A stretch of 64,000 nt of DNA from contig CAWCKW010000001.1 of the NCBI GenBank assembly GCA_963796285.1, forward strand, positions 64,001 through 128,000, read 5' to 3'. The notes under the pieces were generated by a model. It did not search any database and was not told the DNA's origin. It saw only the letters and a program-made list of their open reading frames with translations. Shown here one piece after another: positions 42,671 to 52,365 of the stretch. Source of the stretch: Nitrospirota bacterium. Its GTDB lineage: Bacteria > Nitrospirota > UBA9217. Every line of letters begins with the position of its first letter. Positions within the stretch are counted from its first letter, which is position 1. Made by a program: the position numbers and the translations under genes.

Positions 42671-43843
42671 ATGAGAAACGCATATATCCTTGCCGCTTAC
42701 CGTACTCCCGGGTGCAAGGCGAAAAAAGGGAAATTAAAGGATGTGCGGCCCGACGATCTGGCCGCAACTGCGCTGAAGTGGCTGCTGGAGAGAACGGCCA
42801 TCGACCCTCTGCTGGTTGAGGACATCATCATCGGGTGCGCCTTCCCCGAGGGAGAGCAGGGGATGAACATGGCGCGGATCGCGGCAATGAGGGCCGGGAT
42901 CCCGTACCAGGTACCGGCGCAGACTGTCAACCGTTTCTGCTCATCAGGACTGCAGACGATAGCCTCGGCCGCGGAGCGGATCATGGCGGGTTTTGCCGAC
43001 TGCATCATCGCAGGCGGCGCGGAGAGCATGAGCATGATCCCGATGGGTGGAAACAAGTACAGTGTCAACCCTTTTCTGGCTTCTTCCTGGCCGGAATCGT
43101 TCACGACCATGGGGATCACCGCCGAGCTGGTGTCGGACAAGTACAACGTTTCCCGCGAGGACCAGGATGCCTTTGCCGCGGCAAGTCATAGGAAGGCCGC
43201 GGCCGCTATTGAACAGGGTAAGTTCAAGGAGCAGATCATCCCCGTCGAGGTGGAGCACTGTACTCTGGTCCACGGCAAGATGAAAAGAGAGAAAAAGCTC
43301 GTTACCATCGATGATGGTGTGCGGGGGGACACGACTCCGGCTATCCTGGGAAAACTGAAGCCCGCCTTTAAGACGCACGGTACGGTCACGGCCGGCAATG
43401 CATCGCAGATGACCGATGGGGCCGCGGCGGTGCTGGTCGTGTCCGAGGAGTTCCTGAAAAAGAGCGGCAAGAAACCCATGGCCCGGTTCGTTTCGTTTGC
43501 CGTAAAAGGGGTGCCTCCGGAGATAATGGGGATCGGCCCCATCGAGGCGGTCCCGGCAGCCCTGAAACTCGCCGGGTTGAAGCAGGAGGAGATCGGTCTC
43601 ATCGAGCTCAACGAGGCTTTCGCCGCACAGTCTCTCGCCTGCATCCGGACCCTGGGGCTCGATCCGACTCGCGTCAATGTGAGCGGCGGTGCAATAGCCC
43701 TGGGACACCCCCTGGGATGCACCGGCGCCAAGCTTACCACGACCCTTCTCCACGAGATGCAGCGGAGCAACATCCGCTACGGCATGGTCACCATGTGCAT
43801 CGGCGGCGGCATGGGGGCGGCGGGGATCTTCGAGAAGATGTGA
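42671..43843 (+). CDS. fadA: Acetyl-CoA C-acyltransferase (thiolase)
   Basis: NRFCSSG, ELNEAFA, GHPLGCTG, CIGGGMG. Confidence 0.93.
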   Translation: MRNAYILAAYRTPGCKAKKGKLKDVRPDDLAATALKWLLERTAIDPLLVEDIIIGCAFPEGEQGMNMARIAAMRAGIPYQVPAQTVNRFCSSGLQTIASAAERIMAGFADCIIAGGAESMSMIPMGGNKYSVNPFLASSWPESFTTMGITAELVSDKYNVSREDQDAFAAASHRKAAAAIEQGKFKEQIIPVEVEHCTLVHGKMKREKKLVTIDDGVRGDTTPAILGKLKPAFKTHGTVTAGNASQMTDGAAAVLVVSEEFLKKSGKKPMARFVSFAVKGVPPEIMGIGPIEAVPAALKLAGLKQEEIGLIELNEAFAAQSLACIRTLGLDPTRVNVSGGAIALGHPLGCTGAKLTTTLLHEMQRSNIRYGMVTMCIGGGMGAAGIFEKM

Positions 43844-43847
43844 GTTT

Positions 43848-43934
43848 CCCCCCTCACCTCGGTCCTCTCCCCAAGGGGGAGAGGAAGAAAATAATTCCCT
43901 CGCCCCAACGGGGAGAGGGCTAGGGTGAGGGGGA
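43848..43934. repeat. Empty DUF559-class inverted-repeat element
   Basis: cccccctcacctcggtcctctccccaagggggagagg...ccctcgccccaacggggagagggctagggtgaggggg; same class as 25392/25785. Confidence 0.85.
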
Positions 43935-43962
43935 TCTGCAGGGGTTATTAAAAACGAGCGAG

Positions 43963-45750
43963 GTGAACACCATGGCTGCGAAACTGTTCAAAGGGGCCGA
44001 GTACCTGATCACCGAGGTTACGAAGGACGATGTCTTTACACCGGAGGAGTTCACCGACGAGCAGAAGCAGATCGGCGAGACCACGGCCCAGTTCGTATTG
44101 AACGAGGTCGTACCTCATATGGAGGAGATCGAGAACCACAATTTCGATGTGACGGTCCAGCTGATGAAACGGTGCGGCGAACTGGGTCTCCTCATGATCG
44201 ATGCCCCCGAGGAATACGGCGGCCTTGAGCTCGATAAAGCGACCAGCATGCTGGTGGCGGAGAAGATCTCGACGGTCGGTTCTTTTTCCGTGACCTACTC
44301 TGCCCATACCGGCATCGGTACGCTGCCGCTCGTCTACTATGGGACCAAAGAGCAAAAGGAAAAATACCTGAAGAAGATCATCAGCGGCGAGTGGATCGCG
44401 GCCTACTGTCTGACCGAGCCTGACTCGGGAAGCGACGCCCTCGGGGCCAAGGCCACCGCCACCCTCTCGGCTGACGGGAAATACTATCTCCTGAACGGTA
44501 CGAAGCAGTTCATCACCAACGGGAGCTTCGCCAACCTCTACACGATCTTTGCCAAGATAGACAAGGAGCACTTCACCGCGTTCCTCGTGGAAAGGAACAC
44601 CGAAGGTCTGTCGGTAGGGGCTGAAGAAAAAAAGCTCGGGATCAGGGGCACCTCCACAACGCAGATCGTTCTCGAGAATGCGAAGGTGCCGAAGGAAAAT
44701 CTGCTCGGCACGATCGGCAAGGGGCATAAGATCGCCTTCAACGTCCTGAACGTCGGCCGTTTCAAGCTCGGCGCGGGAGTGACCGGGGCGGCCAAGCACG
44801 CCCTCGGTGAAGGGATCAAATACGCTGTTATCAGGAAGCAGTTCGGCGTCCCCATCGCGAGCTTCGGCGCCATCAAAGAGAAGATCGCCGATCAAACGGC
44901 CGCGATCTTTGCATCGGAATCGCTGGTCTATCGCCTTGCGGGGATGATCGATAACAAGCTGGCCACTATTGCCAAGGACACTCCGGACTACTATGCCGTT
45001 TACCAGAAGGGGATCGAGGAGTATGCAATCGAGTGCGCTATCGCCAAGGTGTTCTGCAGCGAAGTCCTCGCCGCAGTAGTGGACGAGGTGGTGCAGATCT
45101 TCGGGGGCTACGGCTTCATCCAGGAATATCCTGCCGAACGCTTCTACCGCGATGAACGCATCAACAGGCTCTTCGAGGGAACGAACGAGATCAACCGCCT
45201 CCTGATCCCCGGCATGATCCTGACGCGGTCCATGAAAGGGGAGATTCCGCTGCAGCGCGAGGCGATGAAGGCGATCGAAGCGCTTACGACCCCCTCCTAC
45301 GACGAGTCAGGTGACAGCGGCCTCTTTACCGCGGAAAAGACGCTCCTCGCTAATTTGAAAAAGGTCTTCCTGGTGATCGCGGGGAGCGGCGTGCAAAAAT
45401 TCATGACTACCATCAAGGACGAGCAGGAGGTCCTTCTGGCGGTCGCTGACATTGCCATCAACATCTTCGCTATCGAGAGTTCTGTCCTGCGCGCTGAAAA
45501 GATCATGCCGACGCTGAGCGAAGCCAAAAAGGCGGCTGTCACGGCCGCGGTGAAGGTCTTTACCTTCAATGCCTCGGAGCAGGCAGCCACCGCGGCGCGC
45601 AAGGCGGCCTACTTCATCGAAGAGGGCGACACCCTGACCATGCTTCTCGGCGGCATCAGGCGATTCACTAAATACGACGCCACCGGTCTCCTCCGGGAGA
45701 AGCGTCTGCTTGCGAACGCTGCCATTGAGGCGGAGAAGTATATTTTTTAG
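43963..45750 (+). CDS. Acyl-CoA dehydrogenase (FadE/VLCAD-like)
   Basis: YCLTEPDSGSD, GTKQFITN, QIFGGYGF, RLFEGTNEINR. Confidence 0.93.
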   Translation: MNTMAAKLFKGAEYLITEVTKDDVFTPEEFTDEQKQIGETTAQFVLNEVVPHMEEIENHNFDVTVQLMKRCGELGLLMIDAPEEYGGLELDKATSMLVAEKISTVGSFSVTYSAHTGIGTLPLVYYGTKEQKEKYLKKIISGEWIAAYCLTEPDSGSDALGAKATATLSADGKYYLLNGTKQFITNGSFANLYTIFAKIDKEHFTAFLVERNTEGLSVGAEEKKLGIRGTSTTQIVLENAKVPKENLLGTIGKGHKIAFNVLNVGRFKLGAGVTGAAKHALGEGIKYAVIRKQFGVPIASFGAIKEKIADQTAAIFASESLVYRLAGMIDNKLATIAKDTPDYYAVYQKGIEEYAIECAIAKVFCSEVLAAVVDEVVQIFGGYGFIQEYPAERFYRDERINRLFEGTNEINRLLIPGMILTRSMKGEIPLQREAMKAIEALTTPSYDESGDSGLFTAEKTLLANLKKVFLVIAGSGVQKFMTTIKDEQEVLLAVADIAINIFAIESSVLRAEKIMPTLSEAKKAAVTAAVKVFTFNASEQAATAARKAAYFIEEGDTLTMLLGGIRRFTKYDATGLLREKRLLANAAIEAEKYIF

Positions 45751-45782
45751 GTCCATGCGGTTTATGTCTGAAAAGAGCGTTA

Positions 45783-45970
45783 GGCCGCGGATTTACCCCG
45801 TTAGAAATAGAAATTTCTACCGGGGTGAGCACGGATAGACACGGATAAAGACCAACGGCAATATTGCAACGCAGAACAGTTGATAGGTTGGGTAAAACGG
45901 GTCACATTGCACAACATCTTTCGACACGATAAGTTGGGCTCCATGAAGTATCTATTCACCCCAACCTACA
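45783..45970. repeat. Stack of three repeat classes
   Basis: ccgcggatt..cacggatagacacggat 9-mer arm interrupted by hairpin accccgttagaaat..atttctaccggggt; then taggttgggt...accccaacctac pair. Confidence 0.65.
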
Positions 45971-46006
45971 GTTTCATTCGCCTCATTAGACAAAAGGAAA
46001 ATTCGT

Positions 46007-46411
46007 ATGACAGAATCCCGAACCATAAGCATATCCATCAACCGTCGCCCTGCGGAGGTATATGAGTATCTCGCAGACCCCGCCAACTTCCCGAAATGGA
46101 GCGTCTTCATCAAAGAGATTAGAAAGGAAGGAAGCGAATGGATTGCGACGACTCCAGAAAGCACAGTCCGGATTCGGTTCACGCCAAGGAATGAGTTCAG
46201 GATTCTCGACCACTATGTCACAGTAAGTCCTCAGATTCAAGTGTACGTGCCTATGCGCGTGTTGGCGAATCCGGAAAATGATAGTGAAGTGATTTTTACT
46301 GTATTCCGTTTGCCCGGCATGAGCGAGGAGCAATACAAAGATGATATTGAGATGGTGCTCGCTGACCTGACCGGGTTAAAGCGTGTCCTTGAAAACAAAG
46401 AGAAGGCCTGA
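46007..46411 (+). CDS. SRPBCC (polyketide cyclase-like) family protein
   Basis: ISINRRPAEVYEYLADPANFPKW, ILDHYV, PMRV. Confidence 0.8.
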   Translation: MTESRTISISINRRPAEVYEYLADPANFPKWSVFIKEIRKEGSEWIATTPESTVRIRFTPRNEFRILDHYVTVSPQIQVYVPMRVLANPENDSEVIFTVFRLPGMSEEQYKDDIEMVLADLTGLKRVLENKEKA

Positions 46412-46552
46412 CAAATCAGTGCAGCGAAAGAGTGCTAGTATCGCCAGTGTCGATGACTTCCCCACCTCGTCCCCTGATTTTCGCTTGATAATGTGCGGCA
46501 CATTGGTTATAATCAAAAGTAAGGAGTAACATCCATTGTAAGGAGAGGCGAC

Positions 46553-46813
46553 ATGACCGTTACCGCGAAGATAACGTCGAAAGGCCAGATCACGCTTCCC
46601 AAAAAAGTGCGGGATATCCTGCATCTTCGGGAGGGCGGCGTGGTCGTTTTCGAGCAGGAGAATGATACGTTTGTGATCAAACCCGCAGAGTCCCTTCTGG
46701 ACTATAAGGGGTATCTCAGGGGACGGGCCAAACATGCCGATGTCGACATTGTCCGGGAGGCAGCCAGAGCGTATGTCGGGAGAAAGGCGGACAAGCGTGG
46801 TGGACGACCGTAA
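46553..46813 (+). CDS. AbrB/MazE-type antitoxin
   Basis: AKITSKGQITLPKKVRDIL; overlaps the PIN gene. Confidence 0.88.
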   Translation: MTVTAKITSKGQITLPKKVRDILHLREGGVVVFEQENDTFVIKPAESLLDYKGYLRGRAKHADVDIVREAARAYVGRKADKRGGRP

Positions 46814-47219
46814 GCGTGCCGTCATCGATACCAATCTGCTCGTCCGCTTTCTGACCGAGGACGATCCATCCAAGGCAAACGACGTCAAACGCCTTCTGCT
46901 GAAAGCGGCGCAGGGAGAGATCAGGTTGCTGATACCCTCTGTCGTGATCGCGGAACTCGTCTGGGTCCTCCAAAGCTTTTATAAACTCGAACGCAGTGAG
47001 ATCGTACCGCTCCTGAACGCAATTCTGCATACGCATGGCGTCGAGGTCAGTGACAAGACTGTTGTCTCTGATGCCATCGCGATGTATCGCAATGAGGCAA
47101 TCGATTTCATTGACGCATGGATCGTCGCCTTCGCCAAAGCGGCAGAGGTTCGGGCCATCTATACCTTTGACAGGAAGCATTTCAAGGGCATTGATGGCAT
47201 CGAAATGATGCATCCATAA
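46797..47219 (+). CDS. PIN-domain (VapC-like) toxin
   Basis: AVIDTNLLVRFL, AELVWVL, DFIDA, TFDRK; start approximate. Confidence 0.88.
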   Translation: MVDDRKRAVIDTNLLVRFLTEDDPSKANDVKRLLLKAAQGEIRLLIPSVVIAELVWVLQSFYKLERSEIVPLLNAILHTHGVEVSDKTVVSDAIAMYRNEAIDFIDAWIVAFAKAAEVRAIYTFDRKHFKGIDGIEMMHP

Positions 47220-47220
47220 T

Positions 47221-47356
47221 CCTAACCCCGATAAGCAGGAACCTAGAGGTCAAAACCGAAAAGCGTCTCACGTAAGGACGCCATGAAAATATTCAAGTCT
47301 GGTTTTAAAAAACAAATAATTTACCCTTTCTTTGCGAGCTTAGCGACTTTGCCCGA
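47221..47356. repeat. Composite junction element (27-bp arm plus degenerate 9-mer inverted repeat)
   Basis: cctaaccccgataagcaggaacctaga; tctcacgtaaggacgccatgaa vs ttctttgcgagcttagcgactttgcccga. Confidence 0.6.
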
Positions 47357-47413
47357 CATATTCTTGTCGTTTTGAGTAGAATTTGATTCCTTAGTTACTA
47401 TTAGGAGCGCTCC

Positions 47414-49405
47414 ATGGAAGCAACGCGGGAAATATACTGGAACGTCGGGCACGGGGTCGTAGTGCCGATGTACTTCTTCGCCTCTATTGCCATCGCAGTG
47501 CTTGTGTACGGCTTCTACCGGCGCTTCGCAACATACCGGCAGGGAAAGGCGCTGAACAGGCTCGATCGCCTTCCGGAACGGATCTTCGTGCTGCTGAAAA
47601 ACATGTTTGCCCAGGTGCAGGTGCTTCGGGTGCTTGGCCCCGGCTCTCTGCATGCCTTCTTTTTCTGGGGCTTCGGCCTTCTCTTCATCGGCACTCTTCT
47701 GATCATGGCCCAGGTGGATTTCACGCAGCCGATCTTTGGGTGGATATTCCTCAAAGGGACCTTCTATAAGATATTCTCGCTGACTCTCGATGTGGCCGGC
47801 TTAGTCGCGCTGATCATGCTCGGGGGGCTTCTCGTGCGCCGCTTCCTGGTAGAGCCGGAAGGGTTGGAGACCACCCGCGACGATTATGTGGTGCATGCGC
47901 TGCTGTTTGTCATCCTGGTGACCGGCTTTGTCGTCGAAGGCGTGCGGATAGCGGCTACGGAGCTCAGGACCGATCCCAGTCTGGCGCGATTCTCTCCCGT
48001 CGGTATGTTCATCGGGAACCTGTTCATTGATATGACGCCTGATGCCCTGTCGCTCTTGCACAAGACACTCTGGTGGGGTCACTTTTTCCTGAGCATGGGC
48101 TTCATCGTCATCATACCCTTCACCAAGCTGCGCCACATCTTCACCACATCTGCGAACTACCTGTTTACCGATTTGTCAGCCAGGGGTAGCATCGCCACCA
48201 TCAACATGGAGGACGAAGGCGCCAAACAGTTTGGCGCAGCAAAAGTATCTGACCTCACGTGGAAGGACATTTTCGATGCCGACGCCTGCACCACCTGCAA
48301 GCGCTGTCAGGACCGCTGCCCGGCTTATGCAACGCACAAGCCCCTGTCCCCTATGAAGGTCGTGAAGCAGATCGGCGAAGTGGCCTTCACCAAACCCCAA
48401 GCAGGCCTGGTCGAAACGGTCAGCGAGGACGTGCTTTGGGCATGCACCACCTGCTATGCCTGCCAGCATATCTGCCCGGCAGCGATCGAGCACGTGAATA
48501 AGATCATCGAGATGCGCAGGAATCTCTCCCTCATGGAAGGCGTCTTTCCCGGTGACGAGGTGCGGACAGCGGTCAACGATATCGAGGTGAACGGCAACCC
48601 CTTCGGCCTTGCCTTTGCGGCACGGGGGGAATGGGCTGATGGGCTCGACGTGAAGATCATGGAGCAGGACAGCAAGGTGGACATCCTCTACTTCGTTGGT
48701 TGTTACGCCTCATTTGACAAGCGAAACCGGGACATTGCCCGAAGCTTCATCAAGATCTGCAACGCCGCGGGCATCCGCGTCGGCATCCTCGGCAAAGAGG
48801 AGAAATGCTGCGGCGAACCGCCAAGGAAGCTGGGGAACGAGTACCTCTACCAGATGATGGCTACCCAGAACATCGAGCGGATCAAGGCCTACGGCGTCAA
48901 GAAGATCGTCGCTACCTGTCCCCACTGTTTCAATACCTTGGGGAGAGATTACAAGGACCTGGGGCTGGATATCGATGTCGAGCATTACAGCACCTTTATC
49001 AACGGGCTGATCATCAACAACAGACTCAACATGAAACCGTCAGCCTTCGATTTCACCTATCACGACTCCTGCTACCTGGGCCGCTACAAGGATATCCTTG
49101 ACGAGCCGCGCGCTGTGCTCAAGGCGGCCGGCGGCCGGATCACGGAGATGGAGCAGTCCGGGTACGCGAGCTTCTGCTGCGGCGGCGGTGGAGGCAGGAT
49201 CCTGGCCGAGGAAAAGCTCGGGACGAGGATTAACGCGACGCGGGTGACCATGGCCCAGGCAACGAGGGCCCCGCTCCTTGTTTCCAATTGCCCCTTCTGC
49301 CTCACGATGCTCGAAGACGGGATAAAGACAAATAACTGCGAGGAAAAATTGAAGGCCCTTGACCTGGCCGAGATCATCGCTGCAAGAATTATAACGAAAG
49401 AGTAA
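47414..49405 (+). CDS. Membrane Fe-S oxidoreductase (NarI-like TM domain, 2x4Fe-4S, CCG domains); ETF:(methyl)menaquinone oxidoreductase/FadF-like
   Basis: TM helices with His; CTTCKRCQDRCP, CTTCYACQHICP; CCGE, HDSCYLGR, CCGGGGG; upstream of etfBA. Confidence 0.85.
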   Translation: MEATREIYWNVGHGVVVPMYFFASIAIAVLVYGFYRRFATYRQGKALNRLDRLPERIFVLLKNMFAQVQVLRVLGPGSLHAFFFWGFGLLFIGTLLIMAQVDFTQPIFGWIFLKGTFYKIFSLTLDVAGLVALIMLGGLLVRRFLVEPEGLETTRDDYVVHALLFVILVTGFVVEGVRIAATELRTDPSLARFSPVGMFIGNLFIDMTPDALSLLHKTLWWGHFFLSMGFIVIIPFTKLRHIFTTSANYLFTDLSARGSIATINMEDEGAKQFGAAKVSDLTWKDIFDADACTTCKRCQDRCPAYATHKPLSPMKVVKQIGEVAFTKPQAGLVETVSEDVLWACTTCYACQHICPAAIEHVNKIIEMRRNLSLMEGVFPGDEVRTAVNDIEVNGNPFGLAFAARGEWADGLDVKIMEQDSKVDILYFVGCYASFDKRNRDIARSFIKICNAAGIRVGILGKEEKCCGEPPRKLGNEYLYQMMATQNIERIKAYGVKKIVATCPHCFNTLGRDYKDLGLDIDVEHYSTFINGLIINNRLNMKPSAFDFTYHDSCYLGRYKDILDEPRAVLKAAGGRITEMEQSGYASFCCGGGGGRILAEEKLGTRINATRVTMAQATRAPLLVSNCPFCLTMLEDGIKTNNCEEKLKALDLAEIIAARIITKE

Positions 49406-49421
49406 CGGCTCAAACAAAAAG

Positions 49422-49560
49422 AATTTTACCGCGAAGGCGCCAAGAGTGCGAAGGAAGGCAAAAGATCCTTGCTGGTTTAAGACAGTGTATTAACGATTTT
49501 CTTCGCGTCCTTTGCGCCTTCGCGGTAAAATTATTTTGGTTCCGGCCTGACCCGGTTAGG
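49422..49560. repeat. 9-mer inverted-repeat element plus 27-bp arm before etfB
   Basis: Perfect 19-bp IR aattttaccgcgaaggcgc/gcgccttcgcggtaaaatt, then ttttggttccggcctgacccggttagg. Confidence 0.85.
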
Positions 49561-49568
49561 AGGATGCG

Positions 49569-50345
49569 ATGAAAATACTGGTTTGCATCAAACAGGTGCC
49601 CGACATGGCATCCCGGTTCAAGGTCAACGGTGAAGGGGTCTGGTATGACGAGACCGATCTGGCCTTCAGGATGAACGAGTATGACGAGTATGCCGTCGAG
49701 CAGGCGGTGCAGCTCAAGGAGCAGCTTGGCAATACGCCGGACATCACCGTCCTTTCCATCGGCCCTGACCGGGTCGTTGAAATGATCAAGAAGGCCCTGG
49801 CCATGGGGTGCGACCGCGGGGTGCACATCCAGGACAATGCCTCCTTTCGGAAAGATCCCTGGCAGATCGCCTCGGTCATCGCAGGGTTCAGCCGCGACAA
49901 GAACTTTGACCTGATCTTCACGGGGATGCAGTCCCAGGACCGGGGCTCCGGACAGGTCGGGGCCATAGCAGCCGAGGCCCTGGGCATCCCTTGCGTCACT
50001 ACCGTGGTCGGTTTTGCCTTTGCCGACGGCAGTATCATCGCAAAGCGGGAACTGGAAGGGGGAGTGAAGGCGGTGGTGAAGCTCAAATTGCCGGCACTGT
50101 TCACCTGTCAGCTGGGGCTCAATATCCCCCGCTATCCGACGCTTCCGAATATCATGAAGGCCAAGAAGAAGGAGATCCTCTCCTTCGCGATCGCCGGCCT
50201 CCTTCAAGAGAAGGAACTGACCGCCACCACCAGCGCCTATCCGCCGGCAAAGAAGGGGAGCGGCGTTGTCCTGGAAGGGGATGTGAACGATATGGTCGGC
50301 AAGCTTATCGGCATTCTGAAAGAAAAGACGAAGGTTGTGAAATAG
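49569..50345 (+). CDS. etfB: Electron transfer flavoprotein beta subunit
   Basis: ILVCIKQVPD, DEYAVEQA, ALAMGCDRG, PRYPTL. Confidence 0.95.
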   Translation: MKILVCIKQVPDMASRFKVNGEGVWYDETDLAFRMNEYDEYAVEQAVQLKEQLGNTPDITVLSIGPDRVVEMIKKALAMGCDRGVHIQDNASFRKDPWQIASVIAGFSRDKNFDLIFTGMQSQDRGSGQVGAIAAEALGIPCVTTVVGFAFADGSIIAKRELEGGVKAVVKLKLPALFTCQLGLNIPRYPTLPNIMKAKKKEILSFAIAGLLQEKELTATTSAYPPAKKGSGVVLEGDVNDMVGKLIGILKEKTKVVK

Positions 50346-50383
50346 AATCGAGAATCCTGTCCTTTTTGAAAGGGCCACAACGA

Positions 50384-50519
50384 TTTTACCGCGAAGGCGC
50401 GAAGAAATCGAATGCAGGTAGAAGATTTTCGGGATTGAAATTAGACATTGAAAGATTTTCTTCGCGACCGTTGCGCCTTCGCGGTTAAAAGATGTTTGCT
50501 CCGGTTCATCCGGATCAGG
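50384..50519. repeat. 9-mer inverted-repeat element plus 27-bp arm before etfA
   Basis: taccgcgaaggcgcgaagaa vs ttcttcgcgaccgttgcgccttcgcggtt; gtttgctccggttcatccggatcagg. Confidence 0.82.
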
Positions 50520-50529
50520 AGGATTTAAT

Positions 50530-51447
50530 ATGAAAGCGTTGCTCATTTGCGAATACCGGGAAGGGAAACTCATCGATTCAAGCTATGAACTGACGGCTTT
50601 TGCCGACAAACTGGGCGCTGACAAAGCACTGGTTCTGATCGGGAAAGAAGCGGAAGTCCCCCGGGTCAACGCCAAAGTGTATCTGGCAGATGCAGCGAAA
50701 TACGGCGAATACAACCCGGAGCTGCACAAAAGGATCGTGCTCGAAGCGGTCAAGAGGGAAAACCCGGACTGCGTCGTATTTCTTCACTCCTCCTATGGCT
50801 GGGACCTGGCCCCTCGGGTGGCCGCGGCCCTCAAGGTCGGTCAGGTTTCCGAGATCATGGGTATCAACGAAGGGAAATTCGAAGTCGGCCTTTGCAATGC
50901 CAAGCTGCGGCGGATCGTCCAGGTGCAGACGGGGAAGATGGTCCTCACCATTCAAGCGGGGGTCTTCAACGTGACCGGAGAGCCTCAGGGGAAGGCGCAG
51001 GTGGAAAAGATCGACCTTGCCGAGGCGGTGTCTCCCCTGGAGTTCGTCGGTTATGAGCCGGCGCAGAAGAGGGAAGTGGACCTGGCCCGATCAGAGGTGA
51101 TCGTCAGCGCCGGGAGGGGGGTCGGCAAAAAAGAGAATGTGGCGATCATCGCGGCGCTGGCCAAGGCGCTTGGGGGCGAATTGGGGGCGAGCCGTCCGGT
51201 GGTCGATGCGGGATGGGTCGAGCACAGTCGTCAGGTCGGGACCACGGGCCAGATCGTGGCGCCGAAGCTCTACGTGGCATGCGGCATTTCCGGGGCCATT
51301 CAGCATGTGGCAGGGATGAAGAAGTCGGAGTTCGTGGTCGCCATCAACAAGGACAAGGACGCTCCCATCGGCGAGGTGGCGGATGTGCTGGTGGTTGCGG
51401 ATGTGATGCAGTTCGTTCCCGCCCTAACGGCAAAGCTCCAGAAATAA
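50530..51447 (+). CDS. etfA: Electron transfer flavoprotein alpha subunit
   Basis: VSAGRG, GASRPVVDAGW, QVGTTG, GISGAIQH, AINKDKDAPI. Confidence 0.95.
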   Translation: MKALLICEYREGKLIDSSYELTAFADKLGADKALVLIGKEAEVPRVNAKVYLADAAKYGEYNPELHKRIVLEAVKRENPDCVVFLHSSYGWDLAPRVAAALKVGQVSEIMGINEGKFEVGLCNAKLRRIVQVQTGKMVLTIQAGVFNVTGEPQGKAQVEKIDLAEAVSPLEFVGYEPAQKREVDLARSEVIVSAGRGVGKKENVAIIAALAKALGGELGASRPVVDAGWVEHSRQVGTTGQIVAPKLYVACGISGAIQHVAGMKKSEFVVAINKDKDAPIGEVADVLVVADVMQFVPALTAKLQK

Positions 51448-51550
51448 TGCGGCGTGAACAGATACGGTTGTTCAGAATACCCGTTGGGTGTTCGAGAAAT
51501 CCTCGAGAGAGATGTCAGTAAAACAGGACCTGAAAAGGAGAACATGACCA

Positions 51551-52156
51551 ATGGGTGAAAAACTGGTGTTTCAGCCCCTTACGAGGGAAGACAAGATCAC
51601 GGTCGTGCTCTACCGTGCAGGTATTGTGATATCCACCGCAGTCATCGCCGGTCTGTCGTATCTTCTGATGACCTTGTCCGAAAATTCCGATACCGCGTCG
51701 ATCAGCTCGACAGGGGATATCCTCGCGTATGTCCTCTATGCCTCCGTAGGTGTGAGCGTATTCTTCATTCATCTGTATATCGGCAAGATCAAGCGATACC
51801 TGAAAAACCTGTTTTTCATCAGCCTCGGCTGTCTTGCCGTGCTTCTTTACCTCGGGAAAGGGTCCGTGTCCGGCGCGCTCGTTCATATGCCTTACAGCCC
51901 GTTGCTTCTGCTGCCGATCTCCGGATGCCTGGGATTCGTGACCGCGAAGGAGGCCTTCTGCTTCAAGCTTTTCGAGGGTTATCTCCTCGCCATGATCATG
52001 CCGCTCTACCTTCTGCTGGTCGCGAATCACAGCCTCACCGGCCGTGGTGTTTCCTACGGACTGGTCCTGATCGCCGTCATGCTTGTCATCTTCACGCTGC
52101 GAAAGGTATTCATGCCCGTGGCCTACGATATCGGCGATAAATCCGCGTATCAGTGA
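51551..52156 (+). CDS. DUF2301 membrane protein
   Basis: VVLYRAG, IHLY, KEAFCF, DIGDKSAYQ terminus. Confidence 0.8.
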   Translation: MGEKLVFQPLTREDKITVVLYRAGIVISTAVIAGLSYLLMTLSENSDTASISSTGDILAYVLYASVGVSVFFIHLYIGKIKRYLKNLFFISLGCLAVLLYLGKGSVSGALVHMPYSPLLLLPISGCLGFVTAKEAFCFKLFEGYLLAMIMPLYLLLVANHSLTGRGVSYGLVLIAVMLVIFTLRKVFMPVAYDIGDKSAYQ

Positions 52157-52365
52157 ACAAGACTCCGGGTAATACGGATCGCCTCTTCACCTTTGAATGC
52201 GCCGATTTGAAAGCGGTCTTTGATCGGGACATAAAACCGGTTACCGCGGGTTAATTCAAGACCAACTATCGGCATGTAAGTTACAATACGATTCAGGTAG
52301 AATCAAGGCGTACTTGAAGTCGGCAGGGCGCAGACCGCCGACTCCCATCTGCTGAACGGAATTCA

